Shown: positions 22,486 to 30,797 of the stretch, one piece after another
Layout of the letters: each line of letters starts with the position of its first letter
Position numbering within the stretch: position 1 is the stretch's first letter
DNA from: an uncultured bacterium
Lineage (GTDB): Bacteria > Krumholzibacteriota > Krumholzibacteriia > JACNKJ01
Length of the DNA: 64,000 nucleotides
Assembly (NCBI GenBank): GCA_963695095.1
Contig: CAVOFT010000001.1
Location: 1,152,001-1,216,000 of the forward strand
Reading direction: 5' to 3'
Notes under the pieces: model-generated
Told to the model about the DNA's origin: nothing
Seen by the model: the letters and a program-made list of their open reading frames with translations, nothing else
Database searches by the model: none
Made by a program: the position numbers and the translations under genes

Positions 22486-24128
22486 CGCTCCGCCTCGACC
22501 TCCTCCTTGAGCCGGTGGATATGCCCGCGGCCCATGCCGCGCACCGTGCAGCCCAGGCGCAGGTAGGCGCGGATCTTGTCGTCCTCGAGCAGGTTGAAGG
22601 CGTCCACGATCAGGCAGGGCCCGCCCACCGCGCGCACCACGCGCTCGGGCTCCAGCGCCAGGTACTCGCTGTGGCGCACGGCGAGGATCACGCCGCCGGC
22701 GCCGCGCAGGGCGACGTTCAGGTCCCGCTGCACGCGCAGCTCGGTGAGGCGCTCCTGGTTGCGGAAGAAGCGGCCCCAGCTGTAGCCCGGGCTGGGGTAG
22801 CTGTCCTGCTGCTCGAACTCCCACCAGTGCTCGACATAGGGATCGTGGACGCTCATCAGCGCGCCCATCTCGGTGAGCTTGCGCACCACCAGCTCGCTGC
22901 CGCTGTAGCGGGTGTCGCCCACGTCCTCGCGGTAGGAGGCGCCGAGCAGGAGCAGGCGCGAGCCGCCCACGCCGTGGCCCATCTCCTCGAGGCCGTCGCG
23001 CACCAGCTCCGCCACGTGCAGGGCGCGCGTGTCGTTGATGTCGATGGCCAGCGGCGTGATCTTGAAGGGATTGTCCTCGAAGCCGAGGATATGCTTGTAG
23101 GCCCAGAGCCCGAGGCCGCCGTCCTTGGGCAGGCAGTAGCCGCCGATGCCCGGCCCCGGGAACATCATGTTGTTGTGAGTGGGCCGCACGCGGATGGCCT
23201 TGATCACCTTGGCCAGGTCCACGCCGTTGCGCTCGGCGAAGAGGCTCCACTCGTCCATGAAGGCGAGCAGGGTGGCCCGGAAGCTGTTCTCGACGATCTT
23301 GCAGGTCTCGCTCTCGATCGGCCGGTCGAGCACGGTGAGCGGGAACTCCTCCGTGTTGAGCACCTCGCGCAGGAAGGTCTCCACGCGGCGGCGGCTCTCG
23401 GCGTTGACGCCGCTGCAGACGCGCCAGAAATCGCGGATGGACTTGACGTACTCGCGCCCCGGCATCACGCGCTCGTAGGAGTGGGCGAGCAGGGGCTCGC
23501 TGTCGATGCCCCGCGCCTGGAATTTCTCGCGCAGGACGGGCAGGGCGACGTGCTCGGTGGTGCCCGGCGCCACGGTCGTCTCGATGAGCACCAGGCAGCC
23601 CGCCGGGATGCGCTCCGCGATGGTGACGAAGCTCTTCTCGAGGGCCTCCATCTCCGTGCGCCCGGTGTGCAGCTTGCCGAGGTCCTGCTTGAGGTAGTCG
23701 CACTGGACGTCCACCACGACCACGTCGGCCAGCTTGAGCACGTCGGGGTTGAAGGTGGCCATCAGCGTGTTCTTCTCCACCACGCAGCGGTGGATCATCG
23801 GGTCCACCTCGGGATCCTCGGCCTTCACCGGCGAGATGCCGCGGTTGAGAAGGGGGATCTTCCAGAAGCTGCGCTCGCTGGGCCGCTGCATGCCGATGAC
23901 GAACTTCGCGGGCTTGCCTGTGGCCTTGTCCACGGTGTCGGCCACCACGGCCGCCATCACCGCGCCCACGAAGCCGACGCCCATCACCACCACGATCTCC
24001 ATGCCCGCCGCGCGCTTGGTGGCCACGATGGCGGCCAGGCGCTCGTACTCCTGGGCGTACTCCGCCGGCCCGGGCAGGGGGAAGGCCTCGCCGCTCGGGC
24101 TCAGCGAGACGCGCTGCTGCTCGCTCAT
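22482..24128 (-). CDS. Nucleotide-sugar dehydrogenase (UDP-glucose/GDP-mannose dehydrogenase family)
   Basis: 'VMGVGFVG', 'ETTVAPGTT', 'ETCKIVENSFRA', catalytic 'PGPGIGGYCLPKD', 'GASYREDVGDTRYS'. Confidence 0.92.
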   Translation of the reverse strand: MSEQQRVSLSPSGEAFPLPGPAEYAQEYERLAAIVATKRAAGMEIVVVMGVGFVGAVMAAVVADTVDKATGKPAKFVIGMQRPSERSFWKIPLLNRGISPVKAEDPEVDPMIHRCVVEKNTLMATFNPDVLKLADVVVVDVQCDYLKQDLGKLHTGRTEMEALEKSFVTIAERIPAGCLVLIETTVAPGTTEHVALPVLREKFQARGIDSEPLLAHSYERVMPGREYVKSIRDFWRVCSGVNAESRRRVETFLREVLNTEEFPLTVLDRPIESETCKIVENSFRATLLAFMDEWSLFAERNGVDLAKVIKAIRVRPTHNNMMFPGPGIGGYCLPKDGGLGLWAYKHILGFEDNPFKITPLAIDINDTRALHVAELVRDGLEEMGHGVGGSRLLLLGASYREDVGDTRYSGSELVVRKLTEMGALMSVHDPYVEHWWEFEQQDSYPSPGYSWGRFFRNQERLTELRVQRDLNVALRGAGGVILAVRHSEYLALEPERVVRAVGGPCLIVDAFNLLEDDKIRAYLRLGCTVRGMGRGHIHRLKEEVEAER

Positions 24129-24227
24129 GCTCTCTCCTTGGAAGGGGACTCAGGGGCCAGCGCCCCGCCGTGCTGCCGACCGCCAGGCTGACCGCCCGAC
24201 GATGAGGCGGTGGGGTCGCCTGGGCCG

Positions 24228-24392
24228 CTACTCCTCGATGGCGACGATGTGCATCGGGTTGATCTGCACGCGATCGCCTAATTCTTGCACCATCACGAAC
24301 CAGCCGTCGGGGTGGATCTCCACGACCTTGCCCTTGAAGAGCCGATCGGCGCTGGTGATGACCTTGATGACCATGCCTTGCTTGAGGTCCAT
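24228..24392 (-). CDS. 54-aa small protein, possible Sm/Hfq-like fold (not in ORF track)
   Basis: MDLKQGMVIKVITSADRLFKGKVVEIHPDGWFVMVQELGDRVQINPMHIVAIEE*; GAGGAG RBS; GC3-biased codons; has its own promoter. Confidence 0.75.
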   Translation of the reverse strand: MDLKQGMVIKVITSADRLFKGKVVEIHPDGWFVMVQELGDRVQINPMHIVAIEE

Positions 24393-24497
24393 CGGTCTCT
24401 CCTCGGCTGGGGGCGGTGGAGTCTGGCGCGCCGGGCGGGGCGCTTGCCCCGCCGAGGCCGGCGGCCCGTCCTCCGGGGGGCGGGTCGCGCCCTGCGC

Positions 24498-24568
24498 ATC
24501 CTAGGACTTTGTCGGGCTAGAAGCAAGAGGCGGAGGGCTTTACAGAGACCCGCGGGCTGCGCTATGTT
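24498..24568. promoter_or_regulatory. Back-to-back sigma70 promoters
   Basis: Minus: TTGCTT-N17-TAGGAT (24526-24498). Plus: TTTACA-N18-TATGTT (24539-24568). Confidence 0.5.
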
Positions 24569-24620
24569 CTCTCTGCACCCGGAGATCCCGGCGCATCCGC
24601 AGAGAAAAGGAGCACGAGCC

Positions 24621-24893
24621 ATGGCCGCCAATCGCTTCGTCGAGGTCCTGAAGTCCTGGGCAGGATCTCCCGTCACGATCATCAACCCGCAGAGCTACAC
24701 GGTCTCGAAGATCACCGATGGCATTTCCTTCGAGTCCTACTCCGCCCAGCTCACCACCGCGGCCGAGGACTACATCCAGGTGACCTTCGCGCACAAGAAG
24801 CAGGGCGCCGACCAGCCGGTCGAGCAGTTCATCCCGGTGGCCTGGATCAAGCGCATCAGCGTCTGGCAGAACCAGCGCTACATCCAGCTCTAG
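24621..24893 (+). CDS. 90-aa hypothetical protein, possible Sm-like fold
   Basis: AAGGAG RBS; MAANRFVEVLKSWAGSPVTIINP...VEQFIPVAWIKRISVW. Confidence 0.75.
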   Translation: MAANRFVEVLKSWAGSPVTIINPQSYTVSKITDGISFESYSAQLTTAAEDYIQVTFAHKKQGADQPVEQFIPVAWIKRISVWQNQRYIQL

Positions 24894-24928
24894 GCCCCGC
24901 CGGCGCCACAGGCCGCTGCCAGCGCAAC

Positions 24929-24963
24929 GAAGCCGGGCGCCCTGTAGGGGCGGCCCGGCTTCT
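24929..24963. terminator. Hairpin between convergent genes
   Basis: GAAGCCGGGCGCCC...GGGCGGCCCGGCTTC. Confidence 0.55.
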
Positions 24964-24987
24964 GCATGCCCGTTGCTGCCGGACGGC

Positions 24988-25752
24988 CTAGAAGACGCCG
25001 GCCAGCCAGGCCTGCAGCGAGACGAAGCGGCCCAGCAGCAGGCTGATGCGCGCCATCACCGTGTAGCCGAAGGCGGCGCCGAAGGAGACCATCAGGAAGT
25101 AGATGCCCACCCGGCTGATGCCGCCGAAGACGCCCTTGTGCTCGCGCGAGAAGTAGAAGTAGACCAGCCCCGCGAAGACGCCCACCAGCACGATCAGGTT
25201 GTTGATGCCCTCGGCCACGGTCGCCGTGCCCAGCACCGGCTTGATCGTGCTGTTGATCTGCTCCATGGCGTTGGACTGCAGGAACACGTAGAGGCGCAGC
25301 CCCGCCGCCATGCCCATCACGAAGGCCAGGGGCCAGCGGCTGAAGTAGGCGATCTTCGGGATCAGGCGCGTGAAGAAGAGCAGGCCCAGGATGAGCGGGA
25401 TGTAGTAGGAGATGCTGATGTGATTCACGAGCTGGGCCGAGGCGATCTGCGCCGGGCTCAGCGTGCCGTCGACGAGGGCATTGCCGGCGTAGCGCACGCC
25501 GTCGACGATGACCTGGTCCACCCAGATGTAGCTGAACTCGCCCCAGCCGCGCAGGATGCTCTCCGGCCACCAGAGGTTGCCGAAGAGGTTCGGGTGCACC
25601 TGGCTCCAGAAAGCCATGCACATCCAGTAGGCCGCCGAGACCCCCGTGAACAGGTGCTCGGCGAACTTGTAGAAGGGGTTGTCCTTGTACAGAAAGCTGA
25701 AGATGGCCAGGGTCAGCAGCGCCGCCAACCAGACCCCGAATGTCTCCGCCAT
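24988..25752 (-). CDS. Multi-pass membrane protein (GlmL/DUF6754 operon)
   Basis: 'FSFLYKDNPFYKFAEHLFTGVSAAY', 'LMVSFGAAFGYTVMARISLL'; about 6 TM segments. Confidence 0.8.
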   Translation of the reverse strand: MAETFGVWLAALLTLAIFSFLYKDNPFYKFAEHLFTGVSAAYWMCMAFWSQVHPNLFGNLWWPESILRGWGEFSYIWVDQVIVDGVRYAGNALVDGTLSPAQIASAQLVNHISISYYIPLILGLLFFTRLIPKIAYFSRWPLAFVMGMAAGLRLYVFLQSNAMEQINSTIKPVLGTATVAEGINNLIVLVGVFAGLVYFYFSREHKGVFGGISRVGIYFLMVSFGAAFGYTVMARISLLLGRFVSLQAWLAGVF

Positions 25753-25764
25753 CGGCTCTTCCCC

Positions 25765-26616
25765 CTAGTACTTGCGCTGGCGACGCCGCTCCACGAGGAA
25801 CGCGACGTTGCCGATCACGATGAAGAGGACGATCACCAGGTGCGCGATGCTCTGGGCCGACATGCCGACATTCGCCCGGCCGAGCGCGGGGACGATGCTC
25901 TTGTCCATGAGCAGGCGTTCGAATTCGGCCGCGCCCGACAGGCCGCCCAGGATGCCCCGGCACTGGCCCGAATGCACGTAGGGCACCACCTCCGTCACCT
26001 GCACGGCGGTGCAGCCCGTGCTCATGGGCTTGTTGTAGGGGTCGGCCGCGTACTGCACCCACTCCACCGTGCCCGGATAGCCCGCCGAGAAGCTGAAGAT
26101 GAAGTCGATGTTGGCCAGGTTCTCGATGCCCTGCATGATCGGGTAGCTGGCCGTGGACTGGCCGCGCGTGTCCACCGGGAAGGTGCGCGTGAAGCTCTCG
26201 GCGATGGACTTGATCACCACCTCGTTGCCGGCCTTGTAGCCGAGGTTGATGAAGTCCTGGCCGTACTCCAGCTGGTGACGGCCGACGGCCACCCGGTCCA
26301 GGATGTCCCGGCTCATGAAGACGCCGTCCGGCCACAAGCACATCACGATGATCTTGTGGTGGCGCTGGATGAGCAGCTCCAGCACGGCGTCCGCCATCGG
26401 GTGCACTTCGGGCAGCGTGCTCGGCCCGTACTCGAAGGAGCAGAGCACGGTGCTGCCCTCGGGGAGGGCATCGAGGGCGCTGTAGACGGCCTGGACGTGG
26501 GGGGAGATCTTGACCGGCATGCTGAAGGGCCACACCAGCGGCAGGGCCACGCTGAGGGCGATCATCAGGTAGATCCAGCGCCGGTCCAGGCGACTCACCT
26601 TGGCGAGAAAGGACAT
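25765..26616 (-). CDS. Membrane-anchored protein with an alpha/beta soluble domain (GlmL/DUF6754 operon)
   Basis: N- and C-terminal TM segments; 'YGQDFINLGYKAG', 'PYVHSGQCRGILGGLSGAAEFE'. Confidence 0.8.
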   Translation of the reverse strand: MSFLAKVSRLDRRWIYLMIALSVALPLVWPFSMPVKISPHVQAVYSALDALPEGSTVLCSFEYGPSTLPEVHPMADAVLELLIQRHHKIIVMCLWPDGVFMSRDILDRVAVGRHQLEYGQDFINLGYKAGNEVVIKSIAESFTRTFPVDTRGQSTASYPIMQGIENLANIDFIFSFSAGYPGTVEWVQYAADPYNKPMSTGCTAVQVTEVVPYVHSGQCRGILGGLSGAAEFERLLMDKSIVPALGRANVGMSAQSIAHLVIVLFIVIGNVAFLVERRRQRKY

Positions 26617-26626
26617 CCGCGCGCTC

Positions 26627-27331
26627 CTACTCTTCCCCGAGGAAGGACTTCTCGATGCCGAGGATCAGGCGCAGGCTGGTGGAGACGACGCCCAGCGCAA
26701 TGCCGATCATGATCGCCCGCTGCCCGGCCGTGTTCGGATAGGTGTAGATCCAGTCGGCCACCTGCTCCAGGCGCAGGCCGCTGAAGAAGCCCGTCTCCGG
26801 CAGCCAGGCCGTGAAGGTCTGCCCCAAGGGCACCCGGCCCAGCATCACCACGATGCCGGCCGCGAGCAGGATCGTCGCCTCCAGGTTGCGGGCGCGGAAG
26901 GCGCGGTAGCTGGCGCTGGCCACGTAGAAGGCGAGCAGGGCGTACATCGTCGCCGACAGCGGCGTGAAGATGTACCAGTAGATCCAGAAGAAGTGGCTCT
27001 CCGGGTGGTTGACGTGCGTGCCCGCCAGATAGCGCGCCTGCGGCCCGAAGTAGCTGTGCCAGTTCAAGCCCACCCAGGCCATGAGCAGGAAGCCGACGAT
27101 GGTGACGATGCTGAAGGGCCAGCCCCGCTTGCGCTGGATGATCTTGAGCCCCTGCAGCTTGATCAGGTTGGCGGCGCCCAGGATGATGGCGAAGGACGCC
27201 AGGATGTCGAAGAACTGGCTGAAGTCCTGGCCGAGGTGGCCGATCGGGTCATGGGGGACGAACCAGCTCACCAGGGTGAGCAGCCCCACGAAGATGAGAA
27301 TGCCCAGCGGGATCCAGCGCTTGAAGAGCAT
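26627..27331 (-). CDS. Multi-pass membrane protein (GlmL/DUF6754 operon)
   Basis: 'PLSATMYALLAFYVASASYRAFRARNLEA', 'AGQRAIMIGIALG...LRLILGIE'. Confidence 0.8.
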   Translation of the reverse strand: MLFKRWIPLGILIFVGLLTLVSWFVPHDPIGHLGQDFSQFFDILASFAIILGAANLIKLQGLKIIQRKRGWPFSIVTIVGFLLMAWVGLNWHSYFGPQARYLAGTHVNHPESHFFWIYWYIFTPLSATMYALLAFYVASASYRAFRARNLEATILLAAGIVVMLGRVPLGQTFTAWLPETGFFSGLRLEQVADWIYTYPNTAGQRAIMIGIALGVVSTSLRLILGIEKSFLGEE

Positions 27332-27337
27332 GGCCGC

Positions 27338-28672
27338 TTACTCCCCTCCGCCGCCACCGGCACCCGAGAAGAGCCGGGTGATGTCCAGCCAGTCGGGCAG
27401 GTCCAGGCCCAAGGCCTCCACGCTGACGTAGACCACGCCGAGCACGAGGGCCACCATGAAGATCAGCTTGCCCACGTCCTGCCCGCGGATCGAGCCGATC
27501 AGCTTGCGCTCCTTGGACAGGTAGGCGCTGGCGGCGAAGAACTCCTCGCCGATCAGCGTGTAGTCGCAGGCGGTGACGAAGAAGGGCAACTGCGCCGGGC
27601 TCGCCGTGCCGGCGATCTGGATGGCGCCGATCGAGTTGCCCGTCTCGGCGAGAATCAGGCTCTCCGCGTAGAACTTGCCCTGGTAGAAGCAGGCCGCCGG
27701 CCGCTGGCGCAGCATGATCCCGTCCACCGCCGCCGCGTAGGCGAACTGATCGTCGGTGAGGTAGTGGATCATGTCGTCATTGTAGAGGTCAGGCCGGCCC
27801 GCGCTGAGGTAGGCCTCTCGCACCACCTCGCGGGCGTGGGCCATCACCAGCGAGCGGCTGACCGGCACCTCCAGCGGCGTCTCGTACTGCGCGGTCATCT
27901 TCGCCACGTAGCCGAGCACGTTCACGCCCGCCAGGGTCTCGATCTGGTCCATGTCCTGGATGCCGGGGATGAAGAGCACCGGCTGGCCCATCTCGGTGGC
28001 GCGGCCGACGGCCTCGTCGAAGGCGGCCAGGCCGGCCACCGGGCGCAGGTAGATGTCGGCGCTCTGCGCGCGCAGAATCCAGTAGATGATGGCCGCGCTG
28101 AGGACGAGCACGGCCAGCAGCATGCCCCAGCGGCCGCGGTTGAACCACTGGGCCACGCTCGCCGCAGGGGTGGCGAGCAGGATGGCGGCCTCGCCGCCCG
28201 GGCCCCAGGCCTCGACGCGGTAAAAGTAGGCCCGCCCCGTCTCGATCTCGCCGCCGACGTCCGTGAAGCTGGCCCGCTCCTCGCGGCCGCCCGTGGCGCC
28301 GCGCTGGCCGACCCGCAGCCAGTCGAGGCGCTCGGGCGCGACGCCCGGCCGGGCCTCGGCGCGGAAGACGCGGTAGCCCGCCACCAGGCCGCTGCCGTCG
28401 TCGCTGGCCGAGCGCTGCCAGGTGATCTCGATGGCGCGGCCGTTGTCGTCGGGCACGTCGATGGCGGCGAGCGCCCGGGGCGGTGCCGGCGCGAGGGCGG
28501 CGGCTGGGGCCGCGGCGCTCAGGCTGTCCCCGGCGATGGGGGCCGGCAGCGACTGCGCTAGCGCCGGGGCGAGGGCCGGGCCCGCGAGCAGGCCGAGAAG
28601 GGCGGCGAGTAGGGCCAGCGTCTGGCCGCAATGGCGAAGCGCGCCTGGCTGCTGAGGCGTCCGGCTGGGCAT
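27338..28672 (-). CDS. DUF6754-like membrane protein with N-terminal fibronectin-III-like domain
   Basis: Signal peptide; FN3-like 'AIDVPDDNGRAIEITW...YFYRVEA'; then 'RPVAGLAAFDEAVGRATEMGQP...QLPFFVTACDYTLIGEEFFAASAYL'. Confidence 0.75.
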   Translation of the reverse strand: MPSRTPQQPGALRHCGQTLALLAALLGLLAGPALAPALAQSLPAPIAGDSLSAAAPAAALAPAPPRALAAIDVPDDNGRAIEITWQRSASDDGSGLVAGYRVFRAEARPGVAPERLDWLRVGQRGATGGREERASFTDVGGEIETGRAYFYRVEAWGPGGEAAILLATPAASVAQWFNRGRWGMLLAVLVLSAAIIYWILRAQSADIYLRPVAGLAAFDEAVGRATEMGQPVLFIPGIQDMDQIETLAGVNVLGYVAKMTAQYETPLEVPVSRSLVMAHAREVVREAYLSAGRPDLYNDDMIHYLTDDQFAYAAAVDGIMLRQRPAACFYQGKFYAESLILAETGNSIGAIQIAGTASPAQLPFFVTACDYTLIGEEFFAASAYLSKERKLIGSIRGQDVGKLIFMVALVLGVVYVSVEALGLDLPDWLDITRLFSGAGGGGGE

Positions 28673-28692
28673 GGCGGGCTCCCGGGTGGAGG

Positions 28693-29094
28693 TCACTTGC
28701 GGCGGCGCCGCCAGAAGCGCCAGTCGGGCCGGCCCTGCGCCGCCTTGCGCGCAGCTTTCTCGACCTTCTCGGCGCGGGCCAGCTCGCTCTCGTAGCCCTC
28801 GATCATCTGCAAGAGCAGCTCCAGGGTGGGCCGCTGCTCGAGCAACTGGGTGTAGCGCTCGTAGTTCGGCGTCTCGAAGAGCACCTGGACGAAGGGTCCG
28901 AAGAAGACCATCGCCTGCGCACCAACATAGTTGAGGGGTTTGGCGGTCTCCAAGAAGAAAATCGCGGGCACGGCCAGGCGCCGGCGCACGATCTTGCGCG
29001 CGAGGTCGGTGAGGAGCGCGAAGTCCTCTGCGGCCATGTCGGCCGGCTGGGCGGGCAGGCGGGCGGCGTTGAAGGCCGTCTCGAAGCCGTTCAC
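28693..29094 (-). CDS. Conserved hypothetical helical protein
   Basis: 'PAIFFLETAKPLNYVGAQAMVFFGPF'; GTG start overlaps the upstream stop. Confidence 0.7.
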   Translation of the reverse strand: MNGFETAFNAARLPAQPADMAAEDFALLTDLARKIVRRRLAVPAIFFLETAKPLNYVGAQAMVFFGPFVQVLFETPNYERYTQLLEQRPTLELLLQMIEGYESELARAEKVEKAARKAAQGRPDWRFWRRRRK

Positions 29095-29630
29095 GCGCGC
29101 TCCTCGCCCTTGGCGGCGGCTGCTTCGGCTGCGCTCGCCGCCTTGGCCGCAAGCGCCGCCTCATCTGGCGCCGGGGCGGCGGCCGCCAGGCGCGCCCGGA
29201 CGCAGGCCATCACGGCCTCGCCCTCGGCGCCGGCGGGCAGCAGCAGGAGCTGGCTGCGATAGTTGTCCAGGCGGGAGCCGGGCGGCAGGGTGAGCAGCTT
29301 CAGGCGCTCGCCGGCGCGGGCATAGCCGCGGAACTCGCTCCAGCGGCGCTGGCGCCGGTAGAGCAGGTTCTTCACCTGGACACTCTCGTCGCTCAGGCGA
29401 AAGGAGGTGGGCAGCAGGAACTGCGAGAGGCTGGCGAGGAGCAGGAGGCCGGCCACCGCGGTGAGCAGGACGCTCCCCGACAGGCTCCAGGCGAAGGCGA
29501 GGGTGAGCAGGCAAACGGAGAGCGCGAGCCCGCCGCGCAGGGGATGGGCGGGCAGCAGCCAGACGCGCCAGGCGAGCTCCGTGCCGGGGGCGGCTGCCGC
29601 CCGCTCGCCCTGGCTCTCCGCTGCCGTCAC
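29091..29630 (-). CDS. Two-TM protein with a PH-like soluble domain
   Basis: Two TM segments followed by 'PTSFRLSDESVQV...RRWSEFRGY'. Confidence 0.65.
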   Translation of the reverse strand: MTAAESQGERAAAAPGTELAWRVWLLPAHPLRGGLALSVCLLTLAFAWSLSGSVLLTAVAGLLLLASLSQFLLPTSFRLSDESVQVKNLLYRRQRRWSEFRGYARAGERLKLLTLPPGSRLDNYRSQLLLLPAGAEGEAVMACVRARLAAAAPAPDEAALAAKAASAAEAAAAKGEERA

Positions 29631-29639
29631 GCCCGCCTC

Positions 29640-30770
29640 CTAGTCCGTCTCCACCATCTCGAGGTTGGCGCGGGGCAAGAGCACCTCGCGCCCGTCGGCG
29701 AGGCGGGCCTTGGCCACGCGCACGAGCGTGCCGCTCTCCATGCGCTGCAGGTCCGGGGGCAGGCTGGTCACGCTGCCCAGGAGGCCGAAGTAGGGCGCCC
29801 GGATCACGCGCACCAGGCTGCCTTCTTCGATGCCCGTGATGCGGGACTCGTCGAAGACACGGCCGCTGATCTCCTCGGGGGGCAGGGGGATGATCACCTC
29901 GGGCCGAATGACGCCCGCGCGGATCTGGGTGGCCCCGTTCAGGCTGGCCAGGCGGCCGGCGTGGGACTTCAGCAGCTCGAAGGTGCGCTCGGCGATGGCG
30001 ATGCGGCCGAAGCCCTCGGTGAGCACCAGCGCGGTCACGATCTCCTCGCCGCCGGTGATGGCGACGCCGAGATCGTAGCCGAGCAGGGGTTTGAGGTCCT
30101 GGTAGTCGAAGCCGCCGACGATCACCGCCGCCGCACCCAGCTGCATCGCCTGCTTCAGGGTGGCCAGGCTGATGAAGGCGCCGCCGACGAGGATCTTGCC
30201 CTTGCAGCTCGCGTCGAGGCGGTCGCTGGTCAGTTCCTGGTCCGGCCGGTCGACCACGATCTTGATCTCGCCCTGCCGCTCGCCGCCGATGCCGAAGATG
30301 CCCTGGATGAACACGCCCGTCGTCTCGACGATGACGCCCTCCTGGGGCAGCTCCTCGGTCACCTTGCCTTCGATGTAGGCGTCCACTTGCACGGGAATGG
30401 GCGCTTCGCGCAGCACGACCTGGCCGGTGACGCCCGAGATGCTCTCGACGGTGCCGTCGGCGGGGCTGGCCAGGGTGCTCTTGAAGAAGCCGAAGATGCC
30501 CCGGCTGCGCGCCATCGGCTCGCCCTTCTTCACCCGCTCGCCCTCGTGCTTGAGCATGGACTCCCCGACGTCGCCCGGGTCCACGTTGAGCTGACCGGCG
30601 ACGTTGACCATCTGCACGTTTCCGGGCAGCTCCGTGGCGGCGACGATCGTCTGCGGCGAGACGGCATCGCCGGTGGCGACCCGCACCTCGCCCCTGAGGG
30701 GCAGCATGCGGACCTTGGCGACGCGGGCCTCCTTGAGGACCTTCAGTCCGGGCGTGTAGGCGTGGGCCAT
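29640..30770 (-). CDS. Conserved protein with barrel-sandwich-hybrid (biotin/lipoyl-like) motifs
   Basis: 'GEVRVATGDAV', 'GERVKKGEPMA...SPADGTVESIS', 'IQGIFGIGGE', 'LNGATQIRAGVIRPEVII'. Confidence 0.75.
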   Translation of the reverse strand: MAHAYTPGLKVLKEARVAKVRMLPLRGEVRVATGDAVSPQTIVAATELPGNVQMVNVAGQLNVDPGDVGESMLKHEGERVKKGEPMARSRGIFGFFKSTLASPADGTVESISGVTGQVVLREAPIPVQVDAYIEGKVTEELPQEGVIVETTGVFIQGIFGIGGERQGEIKIVVDRPDQELTSDRLDASCKGKILVGGAFISLATLKQAMQLGAAAVIVGGFDYQDLKPLLGYDLGVAITGGEEIVTALVLTEGFGRIAIAERTFELLKSHAGRLASLNGATQIRAGVIRPEVIIPLPPEEISGRVFDESRITGIEEGSLVRVIRAPYFGLLGSVTSLPPDLQRMESGTLVRVAKARLADGREVLLPRANLEMVETD

Positions 30771-30797
30771 CGTGGCCTTCCTTCCTTGGCGGGCGCG

